Below, in pieces: positions 10,338 through 17,489 of a stretch of DNA of 64,000 bases. Numbering within the stretch: the first letter of the stretch is position 1; each line of letters starts with the position of its first letter. The notes beneath the pieces were generated by a model. It had not been told where the DNA came from, searched no databases, and saw only the letters and a list, made by a program, of their open reading frames with translations. The position numbers and the translations under genes were made by a program. The stretch covers positions 334,661 through 398,660 of the forward strand of contig CALFYW010000016.1 of NCBI GenBank assembly GCA_937952265.1, read 5' to 3'. This DNA is from an uncultured bacterium. GTDB lineage: Bacteria > Patescibacteriota > Minisyncoccia > Phycocordibacterales > GCA-2401445.

Positions 10338-11623
10338 GCACCTTTCGTATTATTTTTACGGTTGTAATAATTGCGTTTGCCGTATTGGGCATGATCGTTA
10401 TTGCGACTTTTCGAGGTGGAGATACCGCGGCATTTGGAAATACAAATGGTGCCGTGGTGGTATGGGGAACTCTACCACAGGAGATGATGGGCCCTTTTGT
10501 TGCGACACTTCGCCAACAGTTTGAAGGGTTTGAGGTAACCTATGTTGAAAAACAGCCCGAAGCTTTTGACCAAGAGCTTGTTGAAGCAATCGCGAGCGGG
10601 AGGAGCCCGGATGTCGCCCTTTTGCCGAGCGAGCTCATCCTTCGATTTGAAGATAAGGTTTCTATGATCCCCTATGATTATTTAAGTGAGCGTGATTTTC
10701 GTGATGATTTTATTGAAGGAAGCGAAATTTATCTTTCTCCGCAAGGTATTATAGGGCTCCCATTTGTGGTAGACCCGTTGGTGATGTATTGGAATCGAGA
10801 TTTATTTGCGAATGCACGAAAAACATTACCGCCTACTACCTGGGAAGAAGTAAAATTGCTGGCTCGAGAGATGACGATTCAAACTCAGGGAGTCATTACT
10901 ACTTCCGCCATCGCGCTTGGGGAATGGAGAAATATTACCCACGCAAAAGAAATTTTCGCGCACCTCTTGCTTGCCGGTGGCAACCCTATTGTTTCTCGAA
11001 CTTCCCAGGGTCTTACCAGCGTATTGGGAAACTCATTTAATAAATCCCCTATTCCTGCAGAAGCGGCGCTTATCTTTTATACCGATTTTTCAAACCCCAA
11101 TCAGTTGGTGTATTCCTGGAATCGCGCGCTTCGTCCCTCTCGCGAAATGTTTCTCGCGGGGAAGCTCGGAATCTATTTTGGCCTAGGGAGTGATGTGCTC
11201 GGGCTCCATGAAGCAAATCCGAATCTTAATTTTGATGTTGCCGAGATACCGCGCACGCAGGGTGCTGACAGTGCTCGTGGTTTTGGAAAATTCCATGCGT
11301 TTTCAGTGCTTCGTTCCGCACCAAACCCTTCGGGCGCGTTTACTGCAGCGCAGGTCTTTACGAGCCCTGAAGCAGGCACGCTGTTTACTACCTACAGCAC
11401 ATTCGCACCCGCGCGCCGCGCGCTTCTCGCTGAGACCCCCACTGATCCGTTTCGTGCAAGTTTTTTCCGCGCGGCAATTATCGCGCGCGCATGGCTTGAC
11501 CCGAACCCACAAGAAAGCGACAGTGTCTTTCAAGAGATGATTGAGAGCGCGTCTTCAGGAAGCGCGCGTATTAACCAGGCAGTATTGCGCGCGCATGAGG
11601 CGCTCCGCCGCTTATTGCAGTAG
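10334..11623 (+). CDS. Membrane-anchored extracellular solute-binding protein (SBP family 1/8-like)
   Basis: N-terminal TM, GRSPDV, LVMYWNRDLF, PPTTWEE, FLAGKLGIY. Confidence 0.85.
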   Translation: MSTFRIIFTVVIIAFAVLGMIVIATFRGGDTAAFGNTNGAVVVWGTLPQEMMGPFVATLRQQFEGFEVTYVEKQPEAFDQELVEAIASGRSPDVALLPSELILRFEDKVSMIPYDYLSERDFRDDFIEGSEIYLSPQGIIGLPFVVDPLVMYWNRDLFANARKTLPPTTWEEVKLLAREMTIQTQGVITTSAIALGEWRNITHAKEIFAHLLLAGGNPIVSRTSQGLTSVLGNSFNKSPIPAEAALIFYTDFSNPNQLVYSWNRALRPSREMFLAGKLGIYFGLGSDVLGLHEANPNLNFDVAEIPRTQGADSARGFGKFHAFSVLRSAPNPSGAFTAAQVFTSPEAGTLFTTYSTFAPARRALLAETPTDPFRASFFRAAIIARAWLDPNPQESDSVFQEMIESASSGSARINQAVLRAHEALRRLLQ

Positions 11624-11627
11624 CATT

Positions 11628-12011
11628 ATGAGATATTTCTCTATTTTATTTCTCCTTTTTCTTCCGTATAGTGCGCGCGCGCAAACAGGGCTCGTGCCGT
11701 GCAACGGAACTAAAGAATCTCCCTGTGACTTTAACGCGCTTCTCATGTTGGTCAATAACCTGCTTGATTTTGCCATACTTATTGCAATGCCGATTGCGGC
11801 AATCATGTTTGCGTGGGCGGGATTTCGATACCTTACCGCGGGCGGAGATACGTGGCGTATTCAAGAGACCCATGAGATATTTAAGAAGGTGGGTATCGGG
11901 CTTTTAGTGGTGCTTTCCGCGGTGCTTATCGTGAAAACCATTCTTGTTGCCCTCGGAAATCCCGATGTGATCCCTTTCTTTATTGGATTTTCGGAAAATC
12001 GCATGAGCTAA
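11628..12011 (+). CDS. TrbC/VirB2-like CPR pilin
   Basis: Signal peptide ending ARA, GLVPC...C pair, AGFRYLTAGGD between two TM helices. Confidence 0.8.
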   Translation: MRYFSILFLLFLPYSARAQTGLVPCNGTKESPCDFNALLMLVNNLLDFAILIAMPIAAIMFAWAGFRYLTAGGDTWRIQETHEIFKKVGIGLLVVLSAVLIVKTILVALGNPDVIPFFIGFSENRMS

Positions 12012-12025
12012 TCTTAAATTATTTT

Positions 12026-12418
12026 ATGACACACTTTTTTTATCGGTATCCTCGGGCACTCGTCGTGATGTTTGTCCTATTATTGATGATCTTGCCACAA
12101 GTAGTTGGGGCGCAACCCCCTTTCCCTGGAGAACAATCACCGACGACCATCCAAAGCCCACTCGCTGGCAATATCGATTCACTCCAAGAGCTTGTCGAAA
12201 AAATTTTGCGGGATATCGTGATACCAATCGGCACGCCAATTGCGGTATTAATTATCATTTATACCGGTTTTCTTTTTGTTACCGCGCGTGGCAATGTAGA
12301 GAAGCTCCAACGAGCGCGAACGGCATTTTTTTGGGCTATTATTGGCACGGCTATTCTTCTCGGATCATGGGTTATTGCTGAAGTGATTGGCGGTACAGTA
12401 AACGAGCTCACAAATTAA
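12026..12418 (+). CDS. TrbC/VirB2-like CPR pilin
   Basis: Signal peptide; IIYTGFLFVTARGNVEKLQRAR...WAIIG hairpin motif. Confidence 0.8.
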   Translation: MTHFFYRYPRALVVMFVLLLMILPQVVGAQPPFPGEQSPTTIQSPLAGNIDSLQELVEKILRDIVIPIGTPIAVLIIIYTGFLFVTARGNVEKLQRARTAFFWAIIGTAILLGSWVIAEVIGGTVNELTN

Positions 12419-12423
12419 TTTCT

Positions 12424-12678
12424 ATGGGAAATACTCCTCAAAGCTTTTCTGAACTGGTAGGGATTGTAGTTGGGCTCGTTCAGAGTATGATTCCGGTGGT
12501 GGTTGCATTAGCGCTCCTCGTCTTCCTTTGGGGGTTGGCGCGCTTTATCTTCCACGCGGGGGATGTAGGTGCCAAAGAGCACGGGAAGCAGATTATGTTT
12601 TGGGGTTCAATCGCGCTTTTTACCATGGTAGCCATTTGGGGAATCATCATCTTTTTTAGAAGTTCACTTGGTTTTTAG
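12424..12678 (+). CDS. Pilin-like two-TM protein (FxWG...GK..M.WG subtype)
   Basis: LLVFLWGLARFI...GKQIMFWG...MVAIWGII; paralogue of the next two genes. Confidence 0.75.
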   Translation: MGNTPQSFSELVGIVVGLVQSMIPVVVALALLVFLWGLARFIFHAGDVGAKEHGKQIMFWGSIALFTMVAIWGIIIFFRSSLGF

Positions 12679-12784
12679 CCTATCCACAGCGTATGTTGTT
12701 TAGGAAATCTGTTTCCGCTATGATTAGGGGGTTAGTTGGTCGTGCTATTTTTATTCATAGTAATTTAAATTATTCATTAATATT

Positions 12785-13183
12785 ATGAAGTCGTTTTATA
12801 AGGGCCTCGTTATGGGAGGGTTGGTGCTTACGCCAGTTATTACACTTGCGCAAACCAACGTATCGGTATCTACTGGTACCAATCCAGACCTCAATAATAT
12901 CCAATCATTGGTGCAATCCCTTGGAAGCATCATCGACTCCCTTATCCCAATTGTGCTTACGCTTGGGTTGCTCGCCTTCTTTTGGGGGCTTGCTGTCTTT
13001 ATCTTTTCTGCAGGCGATGAAGAGAAGAAAACCAAAGGAAAAAATATCATGTTCTGGGGGATTATTGCCCTCTTTGTCATGGTAGCTATTTGGGGTATTG
13101 TAGCCTTCATTAGTAGCGCGCTTGGAATTGGAGTAGGAGGCACCGCGCCAACTCCCGCAGTAAATCCGAACGCATTCCAATAA
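12785..13183 (+). CDS. Pilin-like protein with signal peptide
   Basis: LLAFFWGLAVFI...GKNIMFWG...MVAIWGIV. Confidence 0.78.
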   Translation: MKSFYKGLVMGGLVLTPVITLAQTNVSVSTGTNPDLNNIQSLVQSLGSIIDSLIPIVLTLGLLAFFWGLAVFIFSAGDEEKKTKGKNIMFWGIIALFVMVAIWGIVAFISSALGIGVGGTAPTPAVNPNAFQ

Positions 13184-13192
13184 GAGCGCTTC

Positions 13193-13468
13193 ATGTTTGA
13201 TGAAGCGCTACGTGCGGCTCCGCCACCTATTGTCGGAAGGTTCATTGAGGTCATTATCAACCCAGCGATTCTCCTTCTCTTTGTGGTTGCATTACTTGTC
13301 TTTTTCTGGGGGATTGTTGAATTTATTGGAGGAATGGAAAATGAAGAACGGCGTGATGCAGGGAAGCGGCATTTAGTATGGGGAGTTATTGGTATGTTTG
13401 TGATGGTCTCTGTGTGGGGGATTTTAGGGATTGTGCTTGGTACTTTTGGCATCCCACTCCCGTTTTAG
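13193..13468 (+). CDS. Pilin-like two-TM protein
   Basis: LLVFFWGIVEFI...GKRHLVWG...MVSVWGIL. Confidence 0.75.
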   Translation: MFDEALRAAPPPIVGRFIEVIINPAILLLFVVALLVFFWGIVEFIGGMENEERRDAGKRHLVWGVIGMFVMVSVWGILGIVLGTFGIPLPF

Positions 13469-13532
13469 GTTGAGGGTAAATAAAAAAAGAAACCAGCACG
13501 TCAAGCGCGGTGGTTTTCTGTAAAGAATTCTT

Positions 13533-14069
13533 TCAGTCTATTACTTCAAGAATTAAAGTAACCGATTCTTCCTCTGATGCCCCGTCAGCCTTCATTTTTC
13601 CAACCCAGCGTTTGTATGCCGATTTGGTATCAGGTAATAAATACCACTGACCGGTACTTTTGTTTGGCCTGTGTTGAACATACCTGCCAAATTTTGGGTT
13701 TTTTACCCTATCCCAAAACATCCGGTCATTTTGACGACCTTCTTCTGCAGAGACGATTTCAAATACAAAGTCATCATTTCTGATCACGTATACTTCAAAT
13801 CGTTTTTCAGTTTGTTTTGGGTTATACCCCTCAACCCCCGGCGGCTTCACCCACGAAAGCTCATACCGAGGACGTTCCTGTACCACGGCGTGCTCTTTCT
13901 GTAGGGCTTTAAATCCCGAAACAAAGGAAGCAGCAATCCATACAAGGATCAGTATGATAACCACACGAATACAGGTCTTCCGGATGGTAGCAAACACATC
14001 ATTAGGTAATTCATTCATAACGGTATTTTCAAGGTATACTCTAGAACCACTCTCGCTTGATACAAACAT
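13533..14069 (-). CDS. Hypothetical membrane-anchored protein, paralogue of 14140..14673
   Basis: TM followed by YELSWVKPP...VIRNDDFVFEIV...RMFWD; start uncertain. Confidence 0.7.
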   Translation of the reverse strand: MFVSSESGSRVYLENTVMNELPNDVFATIRKTCIRVVIILILVWIAASFVSGFKALQKEHAVVQERPRYELSWVKPPGVEGYNPKQTEKRFEVYVIRNDDFVFEIVSAEEGRQNDRMFWDRVKNPKFGRYVQHRPNKSTGQWYLLPDTKSAYKRWVGKMKADGASEEESVTLILEVID

Positions 14070-14095
14070 ATCTCACCCCTCAAATCAAGCAAAAG

Positions 14096-14124
14096 AAAAC
14101 CGCTATGTGTACCATAGCGGTTTT
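14096..14124. terminator. Intrinsic terminator hairpin
   Basis: AAAACCGCTATG-TGTAC-CATAGCGGTTTT. Confidence 0.7.
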
Positions 14125-14139
14125 GTGTAAAGAACAGTG

Positions 14140-14673
14140 TTAGTTGGTTTGTTTGAGGATGAGGGTAGACCACGCCCCTTTGCTGTTTGAATTTCGTATC
14201 CCCCCAACCCACTGAACACCATGTACTGATGAAGGATCTGGTTTTAAGTACCATTCTCCAGTTCCCAGTTCAGGATGGTTCGAGAGCGTGTATTCCCCAT
14301 ATGCGGATCTGGTTTTGTCCCAGAACATTCTTCCTTTTCCAGACTTCCCCTCATGGCGATAAGAGTAGACTATCTCGAATACGAATTCATCATTTCGAAT
14401 CACAGTAACAGGGATTTTTGCTTCGCGTTGCTGAGGCACATTTCCTGCTACCTCAGGTGGTTTCACCCATGAGAGTTCATACTGGGGAGCACTGGTTGTT
14501 TTTGGTGTGGAGGTGTTTCCACTTTGCTTCATTACATCTTCGCATGAAGGGAGTATTGTCGTAATGCCGATAAGTATCAAGACAATAAAGAATGTCCTGA
14601 TCGCCCACTTAGGAAGTGTCGGTTTTTTTACCGATGGTTTTTTTGTGAGATCGGGGATTTTTCGTTCTGCCAT
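14140..14673 (-). CDS. Hypothetical membrane-anchored protein or lipoprotein
   Basis: TM ending LPSC; YELSWVKPP...VIRNDEFVFEIV...RMFWD; SD AGGAGG upstream. Confidence 0.75.
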   Translation of the reverse strand: MAERKIPDLTKKPSVKKPTLPKWAIRTFFIVLILIGITTILPSCEDVMKQSGNTSTPKTTSAPQYELSWVKPPEVAGNVPQQREAKIPVTVIRNDEFVFEIVYSYRHEGKSGKGRMFWDKTRSAYGEYTLSNHPELGTGEWYLKPDPSSVHGVQWVGGIRNSNSKGAWSTLILKQTN

Positions 14674-14681
14674 AACCCCTC

Positions 14682-15632
14682 CTAATTTTGAGTATTTCCT
14701 TGGTTGCGTCGAAAGGTTGCAGCGGCACCGATTAATGAATCGGGGCCATCGATGATGATACGTTCTTGCTTCATCTTCTCCCGTTCAGTCAGGAAGATGT
14801 AGGCCGCTATTTCTGGCGTTACTCCATTCTCTTTAGAGATTTTGTTAATGCTTTCAATAACGAAATCTCGTTCAAGAATTTCGCCTTCCCGTTCGCGCGC
14901 TTCAGTTGCCGCACGTTCAAATGCATTACGAGTATCCTCGTTTGCAAAGGTAATATAGGGCACATTCACGTTGAGTGTAAGGGCGCCCCATCGCGCAGTT
15001 TGGTTGCCAATGCCGTCAATAATTTCTTCTCCGAGCTTTTCTCGCATGAGAAGAAATTCGACCGGATTTGCAGTAGTTGCAACTCGGCGTACCGAGCTGA
15101 TGATCGCAAGATGAAATCCTTCTGCTACCACAGCTTCCCCTGTAGAGAGGATTCTCCACGGGTCAAAGATCATCCATTGGACGCCGGCACTGACCAACAT
15201 GTTTGCGCTTTGTCCTTCAGGATCATCTTTTCTACGTACGAGGAATTCGAATTCCTCAATCGCGGATGTTTGTTCTCGCAGATCAATGATTTCAATTCCC
15301 ATAAGAGGTGGGGGAAGGAGCCAGGTGGTTCCTTCGTTTACTAACCACGACCATGGCCGTACTCTTTTCCCGAGAATCAATGGCACCCCGCGAAACCCGA
15401 CATCTATGGTATTGAGCCCGTAGATGCCGAAATAGTAAAGCGAGACCCCGCTGACTAACAGGATCAGGATACTGAATAGGTTGAGTGCTTTAAGATACGA
15501 GAGCAGCCAAAACCAGAGTAAGAGTAAAAGAAGATTGAAGATAGTGCCCACGACAATCGTAAAGATTGGAGTAACACTGATAGCATCAATTCTATTACGC
15601 GCATCCTGTGCTTGCTGATTTACATCTGCCAT
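14682..15632 (-). CDS. SPFH/Band 7 domain membrane protein
   Basis: Two N-terminal TMs, GFRGVPLILG, IDLREQ, RWGALTLNVNV and a helical tail. Confidence 0.75.
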   Translation of the reverse strand: MADVNQQAQDARNRIDAISVTPIFTIVVGTIFNLLLLLLWFWLLSYLKALNLFSILILLVSGVSLYYFGIYGLNTIDVGFRGVPLILGKRVRPWSWLVNEGTTWLLPPPLMGIEIIDLREQTSAIEEFEFLVRRKDDPEGQSANMLVSAGVQWMIFDPWRILSTGEAVVAEGFHLAIISSVRRVATTANPVEFLLMREKLGEEIIDGIGNQTARWGALTLNVNVPYITFANEDTRNAFERAATEAREREGEILERDFVIESINKISKENGVTPEIAAYIFLTEREKMKQERIIIDGPDSLIGAAATFRRNQGNTQN

Positions 15633-15671
15633 TTTTATTCCTTCTGTTTTTGTTAAACTACATCTATATAT

Positions 15672-15700
15672 ATGATAGCATAAAAATATATAAAAGTCAA
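15672..15700 (-). promoter_or_regulatory. Sigma70-type promoter of the SPFH operon
   Basis: Minus strand TTGACT-17 nt-TATCAT with TG extension. Confidence 0.6.
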
Positions 15701-15727
15701 GTATCAGTTTTGGCTTATGGTAAGAAA

Positions 15728-15756
15728 AAACCTGACATACAGAGTATGTCAGGTTT
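15728..15756 (-). terminator. Terminator after the receiver-domain gene
   Basis: AAACCTGACATAC-AGA-GTATGTCAGGTTT. Confidence 0.7.
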
Positions 15757-15778
15757 GTGCGTGGAGAAGGTGAGAATG

Positions 15779-16180
15779 TTATCCCTCGGTTCCCGTTCCG
15801 TGTAATTGGCCGAGTTTTTCAAATCCTCTCACCAAGTCGGCAGCGGTAAAGGGCTTTTGGATGAACACATCTGCCTTAGAGTTTGAAATGATTCCACCAC
15901 CACTCAAGAGAATGATGAGTGGTCCACCTCCTCCACATGCGGCCCTCACCTTTTCGATGAGCCCTTCACCGTTGAGGACCGGCATGTGATAATCGGTAAT
16001 GATAATCTGGATTGAATCACGGTGTTCTTCCCACAGCATGAATGCTTCGTGCCCATTTTGTGATTCAAGAATAGTAACATCTGAGGGTATACGAACTTCC
16101 TCCCTTTTGATAATAAACTGAAGTAGCGCCAGTACCGATTTTCGTAGCATCTCTTGATCGTCCACAACCAGTATCTTCAT
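15779..16180 (-). CDS. Stand-alone response regulator receiver (CheY-like)
   Basis: ILVVDD, ITDYHMP (phospho-Asp), LSG, QKPF; SD GAAAGGA. Confidence 0.9.
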   Translation of the reverse strand: MKILVVDDQEMLRKSVLALLQFIIKREEVRIPSDVTILESQNGHEAFMLWEEHRDSIQIIITDYHMPVLNGEGLIEKVRAACGGGGPLIILLSGGGIISNSKADVFIQKPFTAADLVRGFEKLGQLHGTGTEG

Positions 16181-16292
16181 CGCTTCATTCCTTTCGTTTG
16201 TTATTTACCCCTCGCACCTTTCTCTTAAAAGGAGCTCTACCATTAACTATAGCATATTATATCAAAAAGTCAATATCTACGATAGATGAGTC

Positions 16293-16444
16293 TGGTGGGC
16301 GAGGAGAGACTTGGTCACGAGTTCCCTCGCTTTGCTTCGGGACTCTCGACCCCAGCTCGCCTCCTTCGACTCACTCCGTTCGCTCAGGATGGCTCCGCTT
16401 TTCAAGTCTCTACGAAAGCAGATAAATCCGCTTTCTCCTCGCCC
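16293..16444. repeat. Palindromic element bounded by inverted copies of the tRNA-Leu 3' end
   Basis: 16293-16313 is identical to 16572-16592; 16403-16444 is its reverse complement interrupted by a small hairpin. Confidence 0.8.
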
Positions 16445-16464
16445 CAAAAGAACAGTCACTCAAG

Positions 16465-16546
16465 TGGGCGAGGAGAGACTTGAACTCTCACGGATTGCTC
16501 CATACGCCTCTGAAGCGCACGCGTCTACCAATTCCGCCACTCGCCC
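16465..16546 (-). tRNA. tRNA-Leu(CAG)
   Basis: Cloverleaf with anticodon loop TTCAGAG and long variable arm; no encoded CCA. Confidence 0.95.
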
Positions 16547-16571
16547 ATTATTGTCCTGTAAAAAACATGTA

Positions 16572-16656
16572 TGGTGGGCGAGGAGAGACTTGAACTCTCA
16601 CTCCTTACGGAACACGGTCCTAAGCCGTGCGCGTCTACCAATTCCGCCACTCGCCC
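16572..16656 (-). tRNA. tRNA-Leu(TAG)
   Basis: Anticodon loop CTTAGGA; encoded CCA. Confidence 0.96.
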
Positions 16657-16839
16657 TCGTATAAGCAAAGTACTTTGTTCCTGTAATTCTCTCTTCGCTC
16701 GTGTCCTCCCACCAGGCTCTCGAGCTACACTCGCTGGTAACTTTCGATTGAAGCTCTTGCGCTCGTTTCAATAATGAAAGTTCTTTTTCGCCCTAACACA
16801 GGTAACGCAGGTTACCTGCTCTGCGCGAATACCTGCGTG

Positions 16840-16912
16840 TCCGCCCACCAGGGCTCGAACCTGGGACCGTTCGCTTAAGAGGCGACTGCTCTACCAACTG
16901 AGCTATGGGCGG
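16840..16912 (-). tRNA. tRNA-Lys(CTT)
   Basis: CCGCCCATAGCTCAGTTGGTAGAGC; anticodon loop CTCTTAA; GGTTCGAG T-loop. Confidence 0.93.
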
Positions 16913-16963
16913 TTTTTCAAACTCTTACTGTACCATATTACAGAGCTTTTTCTACTTTTATCG

Positions 16964-17048
16964 TGGTGCCCGAGGTGGGAATCGAACCCACACTCCTTAC
17001 GGAACTCGATCTTAAGTCGAGCGCGTCTACCAATTCCGCCACCCGGGC
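16964..17048 (-). tRNA. tRNA-Leu(TAA)
   Basis: Anticodon loop CTTAAGA; encoded CCA. Confidence 0.96.
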
Positions 17049-17086
17049 TTGTATTAACGAAATGTATCTATGACGAAAATTTCGTG

Positions 17087-17158
17087 AGGCCACGGCGAGA
17101 ATCGAACTCGCGTGTAGAGCTTTTGCAGAGCTCTGCCTTACCACTTGGCTACGTGGCC
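17087..17158 (-). tRNA. tRNA-Cys(GCA)
   Basis: GGCCACGTAGCCAAGTGGTAAGGC; anticodon loop CTGCAAA; U73 discriminator. Confidence 0.95.
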
Positions 17159-17484
17159 TGTGTATCTTCGTTGCTGAGGCTTTCAATATTCTGTCGGTTC
17201 TTTTCTCCAGCGTCAACCATAACCGTGAAGTGGGGGATACGGACGAGCTTGCTATGTTTTTTAAGATATGCCTGTAGATCTCGACGTCGTCGATTAAGGA
17301 ATGCCTCTACTTTTTCTTCGTAAGTATTAGGAAAGACGCTCACAAAGATCGTTCCTTGAGCGAGGTCGTCTGAAAGTACGACGCGGGTTACCGTAATAAG
17401 CGATTGGCCACTTGATTCCCGTTGGAAGAACGTAGCGGCGGCTTCGCGGATTACTTCTTGGCTTCGTGCGTGGGTAAAGCTCAT
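17149..17484 (-). CDS. rbfA: Ribosome-binding factor A
   Basis: LITVTRVVLSDDL, IFVSVF, RIPHFTV; downstream of infB. Confidence 0.88.
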   Translation of the reverse strand: MSFTHARSQEVIREAAATFFQRESSGQSLITVTRVVLSDDLAQGTIFVSVFPNTYEEKVEAFLNRRRRDLQAYLKKHSKLVRIPHFTVMVDAGEKNRQNIESLSNEDTQAT

Positions 17485-17489
17485 AGCCT

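Noticed and set aside
12796-13452. 218-aa antisense ORF over the pilin-like genes
   Set aside because: Shadow of hydrophobic-codon genes on the opposite strand; no motif
13490-15756. Hairpins between accessory genes read as integron attC sites
   Set aside because: They are short stems with A/T tails typical of terminators; no attC box architecture and no integrase
16293-16444. Intact or intron-containing extra tRNA-Leu
   Set aside because: No D-arm or anticodon arm on either strand; only the 3' segment is present, twice
16198-17323. Several short ORFs across the tRNA cluster
   Set aside because: They overlap bona fide tRNA genes and repeats; spurious
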